A stretch of DNA of 64,000 bases, from the NCBI GenBank assembly GCA_964016885.1, contig OZ024742.1, forward strand, positions 324,508,001-324,572,000, read 5' to 3'. Position 1 is the first letter of the stretch. Each line of letters starts with the position of its first letter. A program made the position numbers and the translations under genes. This document shows positions 15,833 to 29,355 of the stretch, in pieces. This DNA is from Eledone cirrhosa (taxonomy: Eukaryota). The notes beneath the pieces were generated by a model, which had not been told where the DNA came from, did not search any database, and worked only from the letters and a program-made list of their open reading frames with translations.

Positions 15833-16537
15833 ATGCCACCTAAAAAGAGAAGTCGCCTCAGTCGACATACCGCGTCAGCAGTGGCGCAAAAGGCTGCTAT
15901 AGCAAACGAGTCCTCTGAGGAAAATGCTTCAAGACTTTCACAGACAGCCTTACGTTCAGCAGAATGTCGATCCGCTGAAAGTTTCCAACAGCGCACCGCA
16001 CGCCTAGCCAAAATGGCTTCATACCAGGCTTCTTCCAGGGCTTCAGAGAGCCGTGAACAAAGGTCGAAGCGCCTGGCTAGAAACGATGCGACTAATGCTG
16101 CTTCCAGGTCTTTGGAACGTTTAAAACAACGGACGGCTCGCCTTCCTACGAACGTTGCGGCTATGACTACTTCCATGGCTTCTGAAGATGCAGACGGGCG
16201 GTCCATTAGCATTGCAAATGTTGCTTCTGCTATTGCTGCCAGACCTTCCCACCAACCACACGACCAATGTTCTACGTTCAAGCGTAACAGTCGACGGCGA
16301 GAAGCTGCACGCGGTGTGACGAGCCCCAACAGCCCTTACTGGCACCTACGGGCTTTCAAGTATGAGCAAAACGTTAATTACTCGATGCGCTCTGACATAA
16401 ATATAGGCGAGATGCGCTTCAATTGCCAATTCTGCAATGCTACAATGTGCTGCTTAAACGGTAAGGTCACCTTGCCCCCTCTTACGGAACCGCCAGAGCC
16501 TTTGAAGGAACTACTGACTGGTTATACCTCAAGGTAA
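15833..16537 (+). pseudogene. Helitron RepHel N-terminal fragment
   Basis: MPPKKR start, repeated ES.EQR..RL motifs, CQFCNA..CCLNGKVTLPPL.EPPEPLKELL as in Helitron RepHel N-termini. Confidence 0.8.
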
Positions 16538-16573
16538 AAAAAAACAAACCCCTGATCCCCCCCAATAAAAAAC

Positions 16574-17835
16574 GCTCCTGGGGGTACCGGAAAAACTTTT
16601 GTAACGAATTTGATTCTCGCTAAGATTCGTCAGGAGAAAAAAGTTGCGTTGTCCGTTGCATCGTCCGGGATCGCTGCTACTTTGCTGCCGGGAGGCAGGA
16701 CAGCACATTCAACCTTTAAACTCCCTTTGGATTTAGTAAAAACTGAGACACCAACATGCAATATCAGCAAGAGTTCACACAAAGCTCTGGTTCTCAAAAG
16801 ATGTTGCCCCATTGTTTGGGATGAGTGCACAATGGCACACAAGGGTGCCCTTGAGACATTGGACAAGGCCCGGAAAGACATTAGGGATTCTACGGCTCCT
16901 ATGGGTGGCGTAACCCTTCTGCTATCAGGGGATTTTCGCAAAACGCTGCCTGTCATCCCCAAATGGACAAGAGCTGATGAAGTGCGTGCCTGTCTTAAGT
17001 CGTCCATGTTATGGCTCCAGGTGAATAGTTTGTACCTGAGCACAAATATGCGTGCTCATTTGCATGGTGACAACATGTCTGCAGCACAGAACATTTTAGC
17101 ACTTGGTGAGGGCAAGATCCCTGCGGATGACAAGGGCGGCATAGCAATCGACAGCCTGTGCAACATTATGAGCAGCCCTTCTGACCTTTGGGAAGCAGTT
17201 TTTCCTAATGTCTCATCTAACTTTAAAAACCTCGATTGGCTCAGCGAAAGAGCCATCCTTGCCCCGAAAAATACCATGGTTAATTTTATTAACGAGCAGC
17301 TGATTGAGAAGATTCCCGGTAAAGAGCACATCTTCAAATCAGACCCCGACGATATCGTTAATTATCCGGTTGAGTTATTAAATCTCCTTGAGCCCCCAGG
17401 GCTCCCACCTCACATTATTAAGCTTAGGGTTGGCTGTCCCATTATGCTAATAAGGAACTTGCGTCCACCAAAGCAGTGCAACGGTACTCGCATGGTCGTC
17501 AAGTCACTGACACCCACTTGATTGAGGCCACCATTGTAACGGGGTGCGGAAGAGGGGAGAATGTTTTCATTCCAAGGATGAACCTTTTCCCCTCGGCGTC
17601 AGATATCCCGTTCGATTTCCGGCGATCACAATTCCCGGTGAGACCATGTTTTGCCATGTCCATTAACACGTCACAAGGGCAAACATTGTCGGTGGCGGGC
17701 ATCCATTTGGGGGAGCCATGCTTCTCCCATGGCCAACTTTATGTTGTCTGTTCCCGCGCAGGGAGCAGGAATGGACTTTTTGCTTACTCTCCTCAAGGGA
17801 TGACACGCAATATCGTCTACAAAGAGGTGCTATAG
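16574..17835 (+). pseudogene. Helitron PIF1-family helicase (frameshift near 17515)
   Basis: APGGTGKTF (Walker A), VASSGIAATLLPGGRTAHSTFKLP, VWDECTM, GDFRKTLPV, LSTNMR, QFPVRPCFAMSINTSQGQTL, FSHGQLYV. Confidence 0.92.
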
Positions 17836-19604
17836 ATGTTGGTGCAGGTGTTGGAGCTATGCCGTCTGGAACACTATTTCCTGGTAGGGTATCCCATGGC
17901 GGACAGATCTGACACCCAGCGGCATCAGGGCCACCATCTTGCAACTTTGGTCTACTAAATTCGCTATTGGAAGATTATTAACCCATCATTGATTGACCAA
18001 AATGCTAATTGGTTCGTAACTTTTAATAACCGGTTCAACTACTTTATGCACTTAATTGATAAGCTTATTCGCTTTCAAACCACGTTTACCTGTATGTAAC
18101 TTTTCATAGCAAATGAACAAACCCGAACAACGCCGGGCTAAACTGCTAGTATATATATACATACATACATGTACACCTGTATGTAGATTTTGCTGCTCAA
18201 ATATTCAAGTCCATAAGTTTGCAGCGATAAAGTGAAACAAGTGAATTAATCTAACATAATTGTAAAGGTAAAAGCAAAACATTTGCGGGTTACACAAGCT
18301 CAAATCCTCCACAAAGACCTAACAAACAATAGGGTCGCTTTTCTTTTTCACACAATCGCATCAATATATAATACTACGTGAACAAACATCAACATATGTA
18401 TACTTTTGTTTAACTATAAAATGGTTTCTGTTGAAATTTACATAACAGCTTATTTTCTGTTGTCTATCCTTTCTTTTACTGTTATCCACAGTTTACCTGC
18501 ACTGCTCTTCCTGGTTTAAGTCCCTTCAATTGTTTAGATTCCCTAAACTTTTCATGTCAATAGACATAGTGCAACTCACGAAGGAGCCTCTACACGGTTA
18601 CTCAGTTTACAAGAAATAATAGCCAAATTTGCATCAATCACATCTTGTTGTAAAAATATAGGCCTCATTGTATATGACAGTGGTCAGTCGTTTTACGTCC
18701 ATTTTCCCTTGCTGATAAGAGTTGAGTGAAGGTCGGAACTCATTCCGGTTTCATGTAGCGTTATGTAACTGAGAGTACATGACTCCTTTGACTGGGCCCC
18801 GGTTCATTATCGCGTTAAATCCAACTTTTGCTGGTAATAATTTTCTTTTCGGGGGGACGGGACTGGAGGAACGTAAAATGAAGTGCATTCCTAAAGAGTA
18901 TAACACACCACGTGATCCATGAATAAACACAATGACATCCTAATCACTAGTCTGTGTAATACACACAGGTTGGTCGTTGTCGGATCACCTTATCTCCACA
19001 TTTTTTATGAAATTCAGCACGTGTGTGTATGTGAGTGTGTGTGAGTGTGTATGTGTCTTGGATGAGATAAATATGCAGACTGATCATGGTTCTATCCTGA
19101 CCCTCCCTCATTGTCTCTCTCCCACTCACTCCCTTTCCCCCTTCTCTTCCCTTTCCTTTTGCTTCTCTCCTCTCTTACACATGTAATATAGTTTACTGGA
19201 ATTATTGCCATTGTATCAATTGCTGTTGCACATGTTACTAGCCTTATTTTTTATAACATTTGATGAGCCTCAACGTGGTTTTTAAATTTGCTAGAGGAAG
19301 CAGCAATTTCTCTGTTGGACCACTTCATATAGTCTTAAAAAAAAAAAAGAGAACCACATCAGATTTCATCTGAAAGCAAAATAACTAACGCACAGCTGGA
19401 TAGTGATGGCTGGAACCCTCTAAATCATAGGTCGTTCTATGAGAGCTGATATAGTCTAACCAACATCAACAATAAGAAATCTGCATTATATGAAGCATTG
19501 TAAAAATATGTGGTGAGGATTGTGTTTAAGGAAAGCCGTCACAATGCAAGTTAGAAATAAAGAAATGAAAAATAGCGTTGATTTGTTTTGTTTTGTTTGT
19601 CTTA

Positions 19605-19782
19605 TCTATATATCTAAAACAGAGAATGTCTGTCTGTCTATCAGTCCAATCACTAAAACTCAAGAACCACCCAACCGATTGTTTTCAAACTTTACACATG
19701 TAATACTTATGGTTCTGTGAGTGTTCTGAGCAAAAACATTTCCAATTTTTAATGCCCTAGGGACCGCATTAGGCGATTTAGC

Positions 19783-19870
<88 letters not shown>

Positions 19871-19985
19871 TCTCTCTCTCTTAGTCTTTCTCTTTTTAGA
19901 TAGATACATAGATATAACGTTGCGCCTATATGATATCTGTCTGTATGCCTGGCTCTCTGCATTACGACATGATGACGTAGCTGTG

Positions 19986-20065
<80 letters not shown>

Positions 20066-21395
20066 CTGTATATATAGTGTGTAACGTTTTTCGAAATATT
20101 TACTTCTGCGTTCACAGATTGATTTTTTTATTTTAGTTTCAGAAGATCCCGTTAAGGGTGAAAGCACCGATTCTTTGCTTAAACTTTAATCTGTTATTTT
20201 AATATATATATATAATTATATATTCGCAAACACAATAACAAAATATAAACAAACGTATTTATTTCACGAGGCTCGATAAGGATAAATATATATCAAAAAT
20301 CAAGACAGGCAAACCATATTGTTTTAAATTAATATTTTTTCAACCTAGCTAACTTGGTCATTTGCAATTCGAACACATATATACTTGTATCGGTGTTCAT
20401 TCCATTCATATATTCAATTGTGTTACACGACTCGGAAAGATTCCCTTCCTTGAGCTATTTAATTGTAAAAGACTATTTTGAGTTTCTAACTCAATCTATG
20501 ATATTCTCGGCTCCATATGTAGAGCTAACTTTAGTCTCATAAAACCGGCTGCTATTTTTAGTGGCATGAGTATGAGACGCGCTAGGCGCTGCAACATGTG
20601 CTTTCATATCAACACAGTTCAGTCTTCTTAGATCTTTTGAAGTGAAAGGTACGATTTTCCTGGCTACCCGCAGAAGAGCTCAGGAATGGTGACTTTCACT
20701 TAATAATTCTTGCGAACAGATTTTAGATCTGTCCGGGTATCGAAGGCAGTTGCCCATATAGTTTTGTTATTTTTATTGATTTATTACTTTAAATCGAGAC
20801 AGGCAAACCATATTGTTTTAAATTAGTATTTTTTCAACCTAGCTAACTTGGTCATTTGCAATTGGAACACATGTATACTTGTATCGGCGTTCATCCCTCT
20901 CATATATTCAATTGTATATATATATACGCAGAAGTAAATATTGCAACCGAAGGAAGACAGGAAGACGATACTTTGCTTCGTGGAAACGTTCCCTGGCCAA
21001 GAACGAAAAAAAACGAAGATAATACGTCATTATTTGGTGCGTTGAAAACAATTACACGCAAAGACAAAACCAAATTGAGGGTAACGTTAAGGATGAAAGC
21101 AGCGATTCTTTGCTTAAACTTTAATCTGTTATTTTAATAAATATTTGCTCTACGGTTCTTATATATCTGATATATATTTATCCTTATCGAGCCCTCTTTG
21201 GATTTTAGTCTTCAAATTTATCATTATTACTATATATATATATATAATTATATATTCGTGTACAGATATTTTAGCATACACAATAAAAAATATAAACAAA
21301 CGTATTTATTTCACGAGGCTCGATAAGGATAAATATATATCAAATATATAAGAACCCTAGAGCAAATCCTGAGCAACGCCGGGCCATTCTGCTAG
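19605..21395 (+). mobile_element. Helitron 3, non-autonomous, with no recognisable coding sequence
   Basis: A|TCTATATATCTAAAAC 5' end; 3' CCTGAGCAACGCCGGG...CTAG matching the ends of Helitrons 1 and 2; contains (TC)n, (TG)n and internal duplications. Confidence 0.75.
20135..20185 (+). ncRNA. Degenerate type I hammerhead (core CAGAAGA)
   Basis: AGTTT-CAGAAGA-tCCC(gttaa)GGGt-GAAA-GCA...TGC-TT-AAACT; one core substitution; truncated copies near 21090 and 60335. Confidence 0.55.
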
Positions 21396-21937
21396 CTTAT
21401 CCTATTTCTCAATGCTTGCATTGTACCAGCTTTATTCAAAAATATTTCATTTGCAATGTCATTTCATGAACAATATTCACTTGCGAAATATTGGGAATTT
21501 GAATGTGTTTGTGCCATGTTTCCGAAATAACATCTGTAAATGTTGACTTGCTTCTCTTTTAATCATTGTGAAGTCGTATAAGAGATATGTTTTATTGTCG
21601 GGATATTATGGTGTATTGTTGAATTTAAAACCAACACAGCTGCAAGTCGATGCTGCTGATTGTGTAGATGTGTAACCAAAAATATTTAACCCATGAAAAT
21701 CCTGTTTGTTTTTCATTTGAAATAAAGTAGACCGTACTACGTTTTAAGACATGATCTTATCTGTTATTTCTAATAACTAGAACCATTATTTGGATGCAGT
21801 AGTTACTTTTAATATTACTACTGTTTGATAGCGAAGAGTTTATATAATTGATATGCAAAGCTAGTAAATATTAAGATTTTCCTTGTGACTCCTTTTGTAA
21901 ATTTGCTAGCGTTTAGCCAAGGAGGATATTAATTAAT

Positions 21938-22105
21938 TGTTTCTACTTTTGGCACAAGGGCAGCAATTATCCAGTGTATTACTGGTACTTTATTTTATCG
22001 ACCGCGTAAGGATGAAAGGCAAAGTTAACCTCGGCGGATTTGAACTCAGAATGGCAAGGGCCGTAACTCTATGCGTCAAAGCATGGCGTCCGACCCTCTA
22101 TAGCG
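21938..22105 (-). mobile_element. tRNA-derived SINE (family 2)
   Basis: TACTGGTACTTTATTTTATCGACC...GGATGAAAGGCAAAGTTAACCTCGGCGGATTTGAACTCAGAA. Confidence 0.85.
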
Positions 22106-22798
22106 TCACAAACGTTCATTTTTTTCTGGGCTTCCGAAATTAGTGGGAAGAAGGAAGGAAGTTGTCATCAAACTAGAGACTTGGCTTCTAAAGGAAGGCC
22201 CTCCACTAAAGGTACCTAAGTACCTTGTGATTGTGTTAAGCCGGGTGACGAATTAAATCTGTCACATAAAACTCAGAACACAAAGATCCATAACAAATCC
22301 TGCAAAGATCTAACAATTTTACGCATTCAACAACCTGCATTAGTACATTATTTCATCAACATCGAAAGGATAGGAAACAAAGTTGATGAAGACAGGATTT
22401 GAAGGGAGTAAGACAACAAATTGACGCTGCAAACACAGTTAATATACTATTCTGTGTTATGTAGTAATATCGAAGCATGGCAGAAGAATTTACTTTTGCA
22501 CGAACAAGGATTTTCAAAATAATAAATCATATTACAGAATAAAACATAAAAATTGATTGGAAGTTATTGCATTTGACCCTTAAGAAGTAACTTTGACATT
22601 CTCAAGAACTACGGAAAGAAAGCATATATTAAATAATCAATGAAACAGGAAAAGCTTCCGGACTTTTAATTGAAGGAATGTGATTGAAATAACGTACACG
22701 TTTGGTACCGAGGTTTGAGTGTACATGCATAAATATAATATATAATCATAGATGCTTTCTCAAACACGCGCGCGACACTAGCATATACCACGTATTTT

Positions 22799-22871
<73 letters not shown>

Positions 22872-22872
22872 T

Positions 22873-25800
22873 AGGATCCCGGAACGTGTGCTGCTGGATG
22901 GACTTATATACATAAACATTTCGGTCGAGGGTAGGCGGCCCTCATGTTACCACTGCCCACTGCCTAAGAAGGGGTCACCTGAGAGCTTCATGTCCTCGGC
23001 TAACTAGCCAAAAAAAGGCATTACTGCCAACACCTGCAACACCAGCACAACAATCACCACCACCACCACAACAACAACAACATAAAAAAATAGTGACAAC
23101 AAAACAAACGACAAACACAGTCCCACCCAACCCCTCCCCACCTAAAACAACTCCAGAAACACCCACACACAACAGCTCCCCAAAATGAACCCCTCCCCAA
23201 CAACACGGATGAGGCCTCATAATAGTCACCCAGTGACGATGAGGGACCAGTAAAAAGAAAAAAGAAAAGACATAACACAAACAAAAATGCAACAAACACA
23301 CAAACACCAACACAAGCGATGCAAACAGCACAAACAAAAACACCCCCTCCTGAAAACAAAACACCTACTACAAAATGTAAACACACACAAGAACCAAAGA
23401 AAAAAAGCAACACAACACAACAAAAATGTTACACTAACAATAAAACTTCAACAGACACCATATATAAAAACCCTTCGGTGGAGACCGAAGGGAAAACTTT
23501 TACACACTCTTCGGAGAATCCTAATCTTAAAATGATTAGGATCTCCATGGACACACATAAACAGTTAAAAGAAAATTTCCTAACGACGTAGGTAACCCCT
23601 GCGTCAAACCCTATAAGCGCGTCCTTTTGAAATGTTTCCCCACCCCACCCCAGACACTCCCACCCCAGACACCACCACCTCACCTGAAACCCCATCCCCA
23701 CCAAACATCTCCGTCCCCACCCTACCAGAGACCACCACCCTACCAAACAACCCCTCCAACACCCCCATGGAAATTGTGCAGCCTGTTCCCCAGGAGACGA
23801 AGAGGTGAGTGATTTCTTTTCCTCTTCTTTTAACTTTTCAGCACCAACATGGCCAATATAAGAGTTGGATGTGTGAATGTACGCGACCTGGGGATGCCCT
23901 GGAAACAGGGCAAACTCTTAAACGACCTCAGGTCGCACAGTATGGATGTAGTAGCCATTTGCGAGTCCAGGATCCACAGCAAGCGACAACTGGGCCCCAT
24001 CTTCGACGACTTTGAGATCTACGCATCTCTCTGTCAGCCGGGAGGTGGGGGTGAGGTTGCCGTTTTGCTGCGGAAACACCTGGACCTGGTAACACAGACA
24101 GTACATCTGGACCTGGAGGGTCGACTGGTGGTCCTAGACGTTGACGGTAGTGAAGGTGGAGCCTTCAGGCTGGTGGCCGCATATACCCCATCCGTCTAGA
24201 GACTTTTCTGGGAACGTTCCGCTCCCTGCTGTTAGTGGGGGACTGGAATGGAATCCTAGATGCACGTTGCGACTATGTGGGAGCATGTCCCGATAGAGGG
24301 GGTGTAACAGCCTCAAACAGTTAATCGGCCGATTTGACCTGGCCGATTGATATCGACTAGATTTTCCGACTGTGGCACTGTGGACGTGGACTAATCGTAG
24401 CGGAACATCTAGATCGTACCTAGATAGGGTTCTAGTTAGAAAGAAGGATAGGGACATGTTAAGCTGCCTCAAATGTTCATGGTTGCCTATTCAGATCACA
24501 AATTAGTGACCTGTTTAGTCAACCTTGACAAAACCCATAGACAGGGACCCGGCTACTGGAATCTGAACTTGTCGTTACTGACACGCAAAGCCTACAGTAG
24601 ACGGATTAGCACTTTAGTTAAGCAGCACTTGACGGGGCCATTGTCAACAACAGATGGTGGTACTCTCTCAAGAGGGCAGTTAGATTAGACTCGATAGGTT
24701 TTAGTAAAGAATTAGTGTTAGATAGAAATAAGACCGAAAAGGAACTGGTAGATAAAGTAGAAGAGGCACTTAGGAGTGGCAACGTAGCCGGCGTGCTAGC
24801 GACAAGAACGGCCTTGGACCAGTTCTTCGACGCAAAGCATGAAGGCTGCGTTGTCAGAAGCAAAATACGTGCTCTAGGAAACGAGGGAGCCAAAGCTGTT
24901 AGCTGGGACCGAGTGACGGAGGCGAAAAGTGGCAACAAGTCCACGATTCGGTCTTTGAAGGACCAAGACGGACGCGTGATACGTGAGCCGAAGTAGATGT
25001 GCGCGACCTTTCAGCGGCGCTTTGCTCAACTGTTTGGGCAGGGCGCCGGGAGGGGCTATGGATTTTGGTCCATACCTCGACGGCCTACCGCGACTCTCGG
25101 ACAGCGAGGCGAAGTTCTGCGAAAGGCCTATTTCGGCCGCTGAGATAGGGGACGCGCTGAGCCAATGCGGCAAACGCAAATCTCCAGGCTTCGACAGTCT
25201 ACCCTACGAATTTTACGTAGCAATGCGGGACTTGTTATCCGGTCTCCTGGAATCGGTCTACTGCAACTGGCAGCAGAACGGGAGAATTCCCAGTTCTGTG
25301 ACCAAGGGCGTAGTCACGTTAGTCAGGAAGGACGAGAATAAGGGGGATGACATAGGAAACTTCCGGCCCATAACTCTGCTCAACACAGAGTTACAGATTT
25401 TGGCCAAGGTGTTGGCAAAGAGACTGGCGCTTGTCGTCGAAAACCTGGTGGGAGAAGCGCAGAAATGCGCAATCCCGACCAGGTCCATACACGAAAACCT
25501 CCACCTCATGCGATACATCATAGAGAGGGTAGGTATAAACCCGGTTTCTGTGGGGCCCTAATCAACTTGGATCAGTCTAAGGCTTTCGATAGGGTTGACA
25601 ATCGTTACCTGGATGCGGTGCTCGAGGCAGCAGGCTTCGGACCCGTGTTCAGGGGTTGGATTGCTGCAATGCACAGCAGCAACAATGCTCAAGGATCAAG
25701 GTGAACGGCTACCTCTCGGAGCCGTTCCATATCACGCGATGCATCCGACAGGGATGCACTCTCTCCTCCCTTCTGTACGTACTGACTCTCGAGCCACTAC

Positions 25801-27452
25801 TGCGGAAGTTGGAGCTATTGCAGAGCGTCCCTTTGGAACCTGGACTGCGAAAAGCGGCGTCGGCCTACGCCGACGACGTGACAGTGATGGTGTTGAGCAC
25901 CTCGCAAATCGGGGAGATCGGCACCTTACTGGAGGAATACGAAAGGTTCACAAGAGCGAAGCTGAACCGGGACAAATCCATCGGTTGGCAACTCGGAACC
26001 TGGAGAGGCAAACCGATGCCTTCCGATGGCGTCGTCGGACGCTGGACCGAAGGATTGGTAAAGCTGCTCGGGGTCTGATTTGGTCTGGACCTCCAGGTGG
26101 AGAAGAGCTGGAACGAGGTGTCGGCCAAGGTGTTTGCGCTCACCCGGAGGTGGGCCGAGTGCAAACTATTATTGAAAGGTCGAGCGGAGGTGGCGAACAC
26201 TTTTATAGCGTCCGCCATCTACTACCGCTTGACCGTCGTGCCTTGTCCAGCCAAAACGTTCACCAAAATGGAGCGCGCGCTCTTCCAATTCCTTTGGAAG
26301 AAACGGGCTCCTTTGGTGAGAAGATCCATCTGCTGCCAACACCCTTCAAACGGAAGGGGATGCCGTGGCTGACGATGCGCAAACACGCGCTCAGGCTGCG
26401 GCCCTCTACGTATTCCTCACCAGACAACCGGTATGGGCCCCGTTCGTGAAGCGAGCCTTAACACGACTCGTCTCACTGACCGTGCTGCAGTCCTGGGTCA
26501 AGCAAAGACCGAGGAAAATGGGCGACTGGCACATCGAATGTGCTCAGGCGCTCACTGTTCCCTGGCAAACGGACCCGGCGATCAGTGGAGACTCCACTTC
26601 GACATTCTAGAGGGTTTGTCCGCAGCAAGTGCGACAATACGCTCGGAGAAACTCTAGGCGTAGAGGAGGACGAACTGGCCAGTCTGTTCGGTAGGACCTT
26701 CCGCCCGGGACCAATGGACAACTTCCAAAAGTCCCTGGCCTGGCAGTGCTACTAGTTCGAGACAAGCTCTACAGGCATGGGCGCCCGGGTAGGGACCCTT
26801 CGAAAAAGATCTGTCCGAGATGCGTGCGCGACGAGGAAACCGTCACGCACGCATTTGTAAACTGCCCGGGCGTTACCGACCAGTGGGCTATGTAGAACGA
26901 CTATTGTCGCGGGTGGGACCAATCCAGTTGACCACCGAGTCCATTGCCATGATCAAACCGCCACCCTCCTTCAAAAACGAGGGAGAGGTGGTGTCCTATG
27001 TGTTATGACTATGGTGAAAGAGGTTATATGGTGGACGAAGTTAAAAGGGCTGAGGTCATACACCTTTCACTCCGGCGAGCAACTGATTCGTTTTTTCAAA
27101 TATCATTTTGGAAGATGAATCAGGATGGAGAGAGAGGTGCTGTACCCCAGCAAATTTTATAAAAGGTGGGTGAATGTGGCAAAGATGGCCCGAGTGGTTG
27201 GGCCTTCTCTCTATATAAGCCTGTAGGTCAGGAAAAAGAGGAAGAGAGGAAGGGAGTACTCACTCTTGGTGCTCCTGGAGATGAGGGTTGTACATTTTTT
27301 CGGGGTGTGTACAACCCCTGTGTAACACCTCCCTCCCTAATGGGGATTTCAATTATTATTTGTTATTTTATTAATAGTTTTATTTTCATATACCTGTATG
27401 TAAACTCCCCATTCGTCCCCTTCTTTTGTGCCCTTGTAGCTAATAAAGAAAT
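22873..27452 (+). mobile_element. Tx1/L1-clade LINE, 5'-truncated and decayed, flanked by (TCTA)n
   Basis: ORF1 remnant with CYHC motif, then APE endonuclease, RT and C-terminal zinc motif; AATAAA near 27442; TATC repeats on both flanks. Confidence 0.88.
23849..27227 (+). pseudogene. LINE ORF2 (APE endonuclease + reverse transcriptase), many stops and frameshifts
   Basis: MANIRVGCVNVRDL, GDWN, SYLDRV, YSDH, GPGYWNLN, KSPGFDSLPYEFY, FRPITLLN, LDQSKAFDRV, IRQGCTLS, AYADDV, CPRC...ETVTH. Confidence 0.9.
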
Positions 27453-27510
27453 TTATCTATCTGTCTGACTTTCTGTCTATCTCTCTCTCTTTCGCCCCCT
27501 CTCTTTCTCT

Positions 27511-27593
<83 letters not shown>

Positions 27594-27594
27594 A

Positions 27595-27626
<32 letters not shown>

Positions 27627-27705
27627 TGTGTGTGCGAGTAATTATATATATATATATTATATATATATATATATATATAATTATATATATTTATATATTT
27701 ATAAT

Positions 27706-28114
27706 TAAAATATTAAACAAATAATGAATAAACAATTCCTTATATTAAACAAAAAAAGTTCATTATTTAACGATCGTTTCTAGGATATATATGTGTTAGA
27801 ATTGGTATGCATATTCAACAGATCTATGTACAAAATGATACAAAATTATACAAATTATCAAGATTAAATATACATACCAAACACATATATACGCCGTCTT
27901 CAGAAATAACATTATTTCTGAAGACGGCGTATATATGTGTTTGGTATGTATATTTAATCTTGATAATTTGTATAATTTTGTATAATTTTGTACATAGATC
28001 TGTTGAATATGCATACCAATTCTAACACATATATATCCTAAAACGATCGTTAAATAATGAACTTTTTTTGTTTAATATAAGGAATTGTTTATTCATTATT
28101 TGTTTAATATTTTA
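27706..28114. repeat. Near-perfect ~410-bp palindrome; the right arm continues to ~28260
   Basis: Arms are reverse complements centred at ~27910; TA-rich repeats flank the insert. Confidence 0.92.
27763..27909 (-). ncRNA. Type I hammerhead with very long stem II
   Basis: Minus strand: TTATTT-CTGAAGA-c[GGCGTATATATGTGTT...AACACATATATATCCT]a-GAAA-CGATCG-TT-AAATAA; the plus-strand mirror copy (27910-28059) has lost the G of GAAA. Confidence 0.7.
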
Positions 28115-28368
28115 TCTTGACTCTGTATACCGTTTATCTTTCACCGAAAGTGGTTTTTCATTACATCTCTTCTTTCCATGATATCCGGAATACATTGAGT
28201 TCTTCATACGGATTGGACACTACCGTAAACTCTTGGTAGATTTATCTACATATTTATAATTATATATATTTATCACCGCTAGAACTAAAGGATGGCGAAA
28301 GTCATAAAAAACATAGCGTATTGAGGCTGTTTGCTTGCAAACGTATCGAACATTATTATCATTCGATA

Positions 28369-28560
28369 GGGCGGTGGATTGGCAGTATCGGTAGAGGGTC
28401 GGACGCCATGCTCTCCAGCATAGTTACCTCCCTTTACGATCTGAGTTCAAATCCCTCCGAGGTTGACTTTGCCTTTCATCCTTACGGGGTCGATAAAATA
28501 AAGTACCAGTAATGCACTGGGTAATTTTCTGGCCTTGTGCCTAAAGTAGAAACAATTATT
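28369..28560 (+). mobile_element. tRNA-derived SINE (family 2), near full length
   Basis: GGCGGTGGATTGGCAGTATCGG head, GAGTTCAAATCC B-box, core TTTGCCTTTCATCCTTACGGGGTCGATAAAATAAAGTACCAGT; flanked by an imperfect ATTA(T/G)CATTCGATA duplication. Confidence 0.88.
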
Positions 28561-28598
28561 AGCATTCGATATAAAACTAACTGAAGAATACATTTACG

Positions 28599-28660
<62 letters not shown>

Positions 28661-28684
28661 GTATATATAATGTATATACATATA

Positions 28685-28732
<48 letters not shown>

Positions 28733-29109
28733 ATGTGTGTGTGTATGTGTGTGTGTGCGGGTTTGATAGTATTTCTGTCATATCTTGTTCTTCTTATTTT
28801 CAGATGGAAATAAAGGTTTTAAAGGAGGATTAGGCTACTCTTTCTAACATTAGTAGCGAGCATATAGTAGTGCCCTTGTTCCAGACAAAAATGCTTTTCC
28901 TATCATGTGTAGTATACAAAGCTCACTGGGTTTCAGACGAAAAATGAGACATTGATGTGAAATTTCGTACCTATTTTTTGCATTAGTAATGAGTACATTG
29001 TTGTTCACTTGTTTTCGAAAGAAAACGAGAGATTTGAGGGAGATTAAGCTGCTATTTCTAGCATTAGAATATACCTCATATTAGTTCACTTTTTTCCAGG
29101 CGAAATTAA

Positions 29110-29355
29110 GATCTAAACACAGAGTTTAACTGGGGTAAAACACTTGAGCTTACTTGTGGATAAACACAACAGACCTGGGTCGAAATAAAACTGAATTGGG
29201 GTTAAAACCATGTCCCTCATGGGTCGAAACAGCTCATCAAGCTGAAACGCAGATCTGACCTGGGCTTAAACACAGACTAACCTGGGCTTAAATATCTACT
29301 CACCTGGGCTTAAACACATAGCTTAACTCGGTCGAAACAGCGCTGACCTGTTGAT
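29110..29355. repeat. Degenerate ~23-bp minisatellite
   Basis: Recurrent ACCTGGGCTTAAACAC / ACTGGGGTAAAACAC motifs. Confidence 0.6.

Larger units (their letters stand above)
14454..18149 (+). mobile_element. Helitron 2, internally deleted (Rep domain missing)
   Basis: A|TC 5' end at 14454; 3' hairpin CCCGAACAACGCCGGG then CTAG|T at 18146-18150; RepHel N-terminus and PIF1 helicase inside; ~61-bp tandem repeats at ~15310-15530. Confidence 0.88.
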
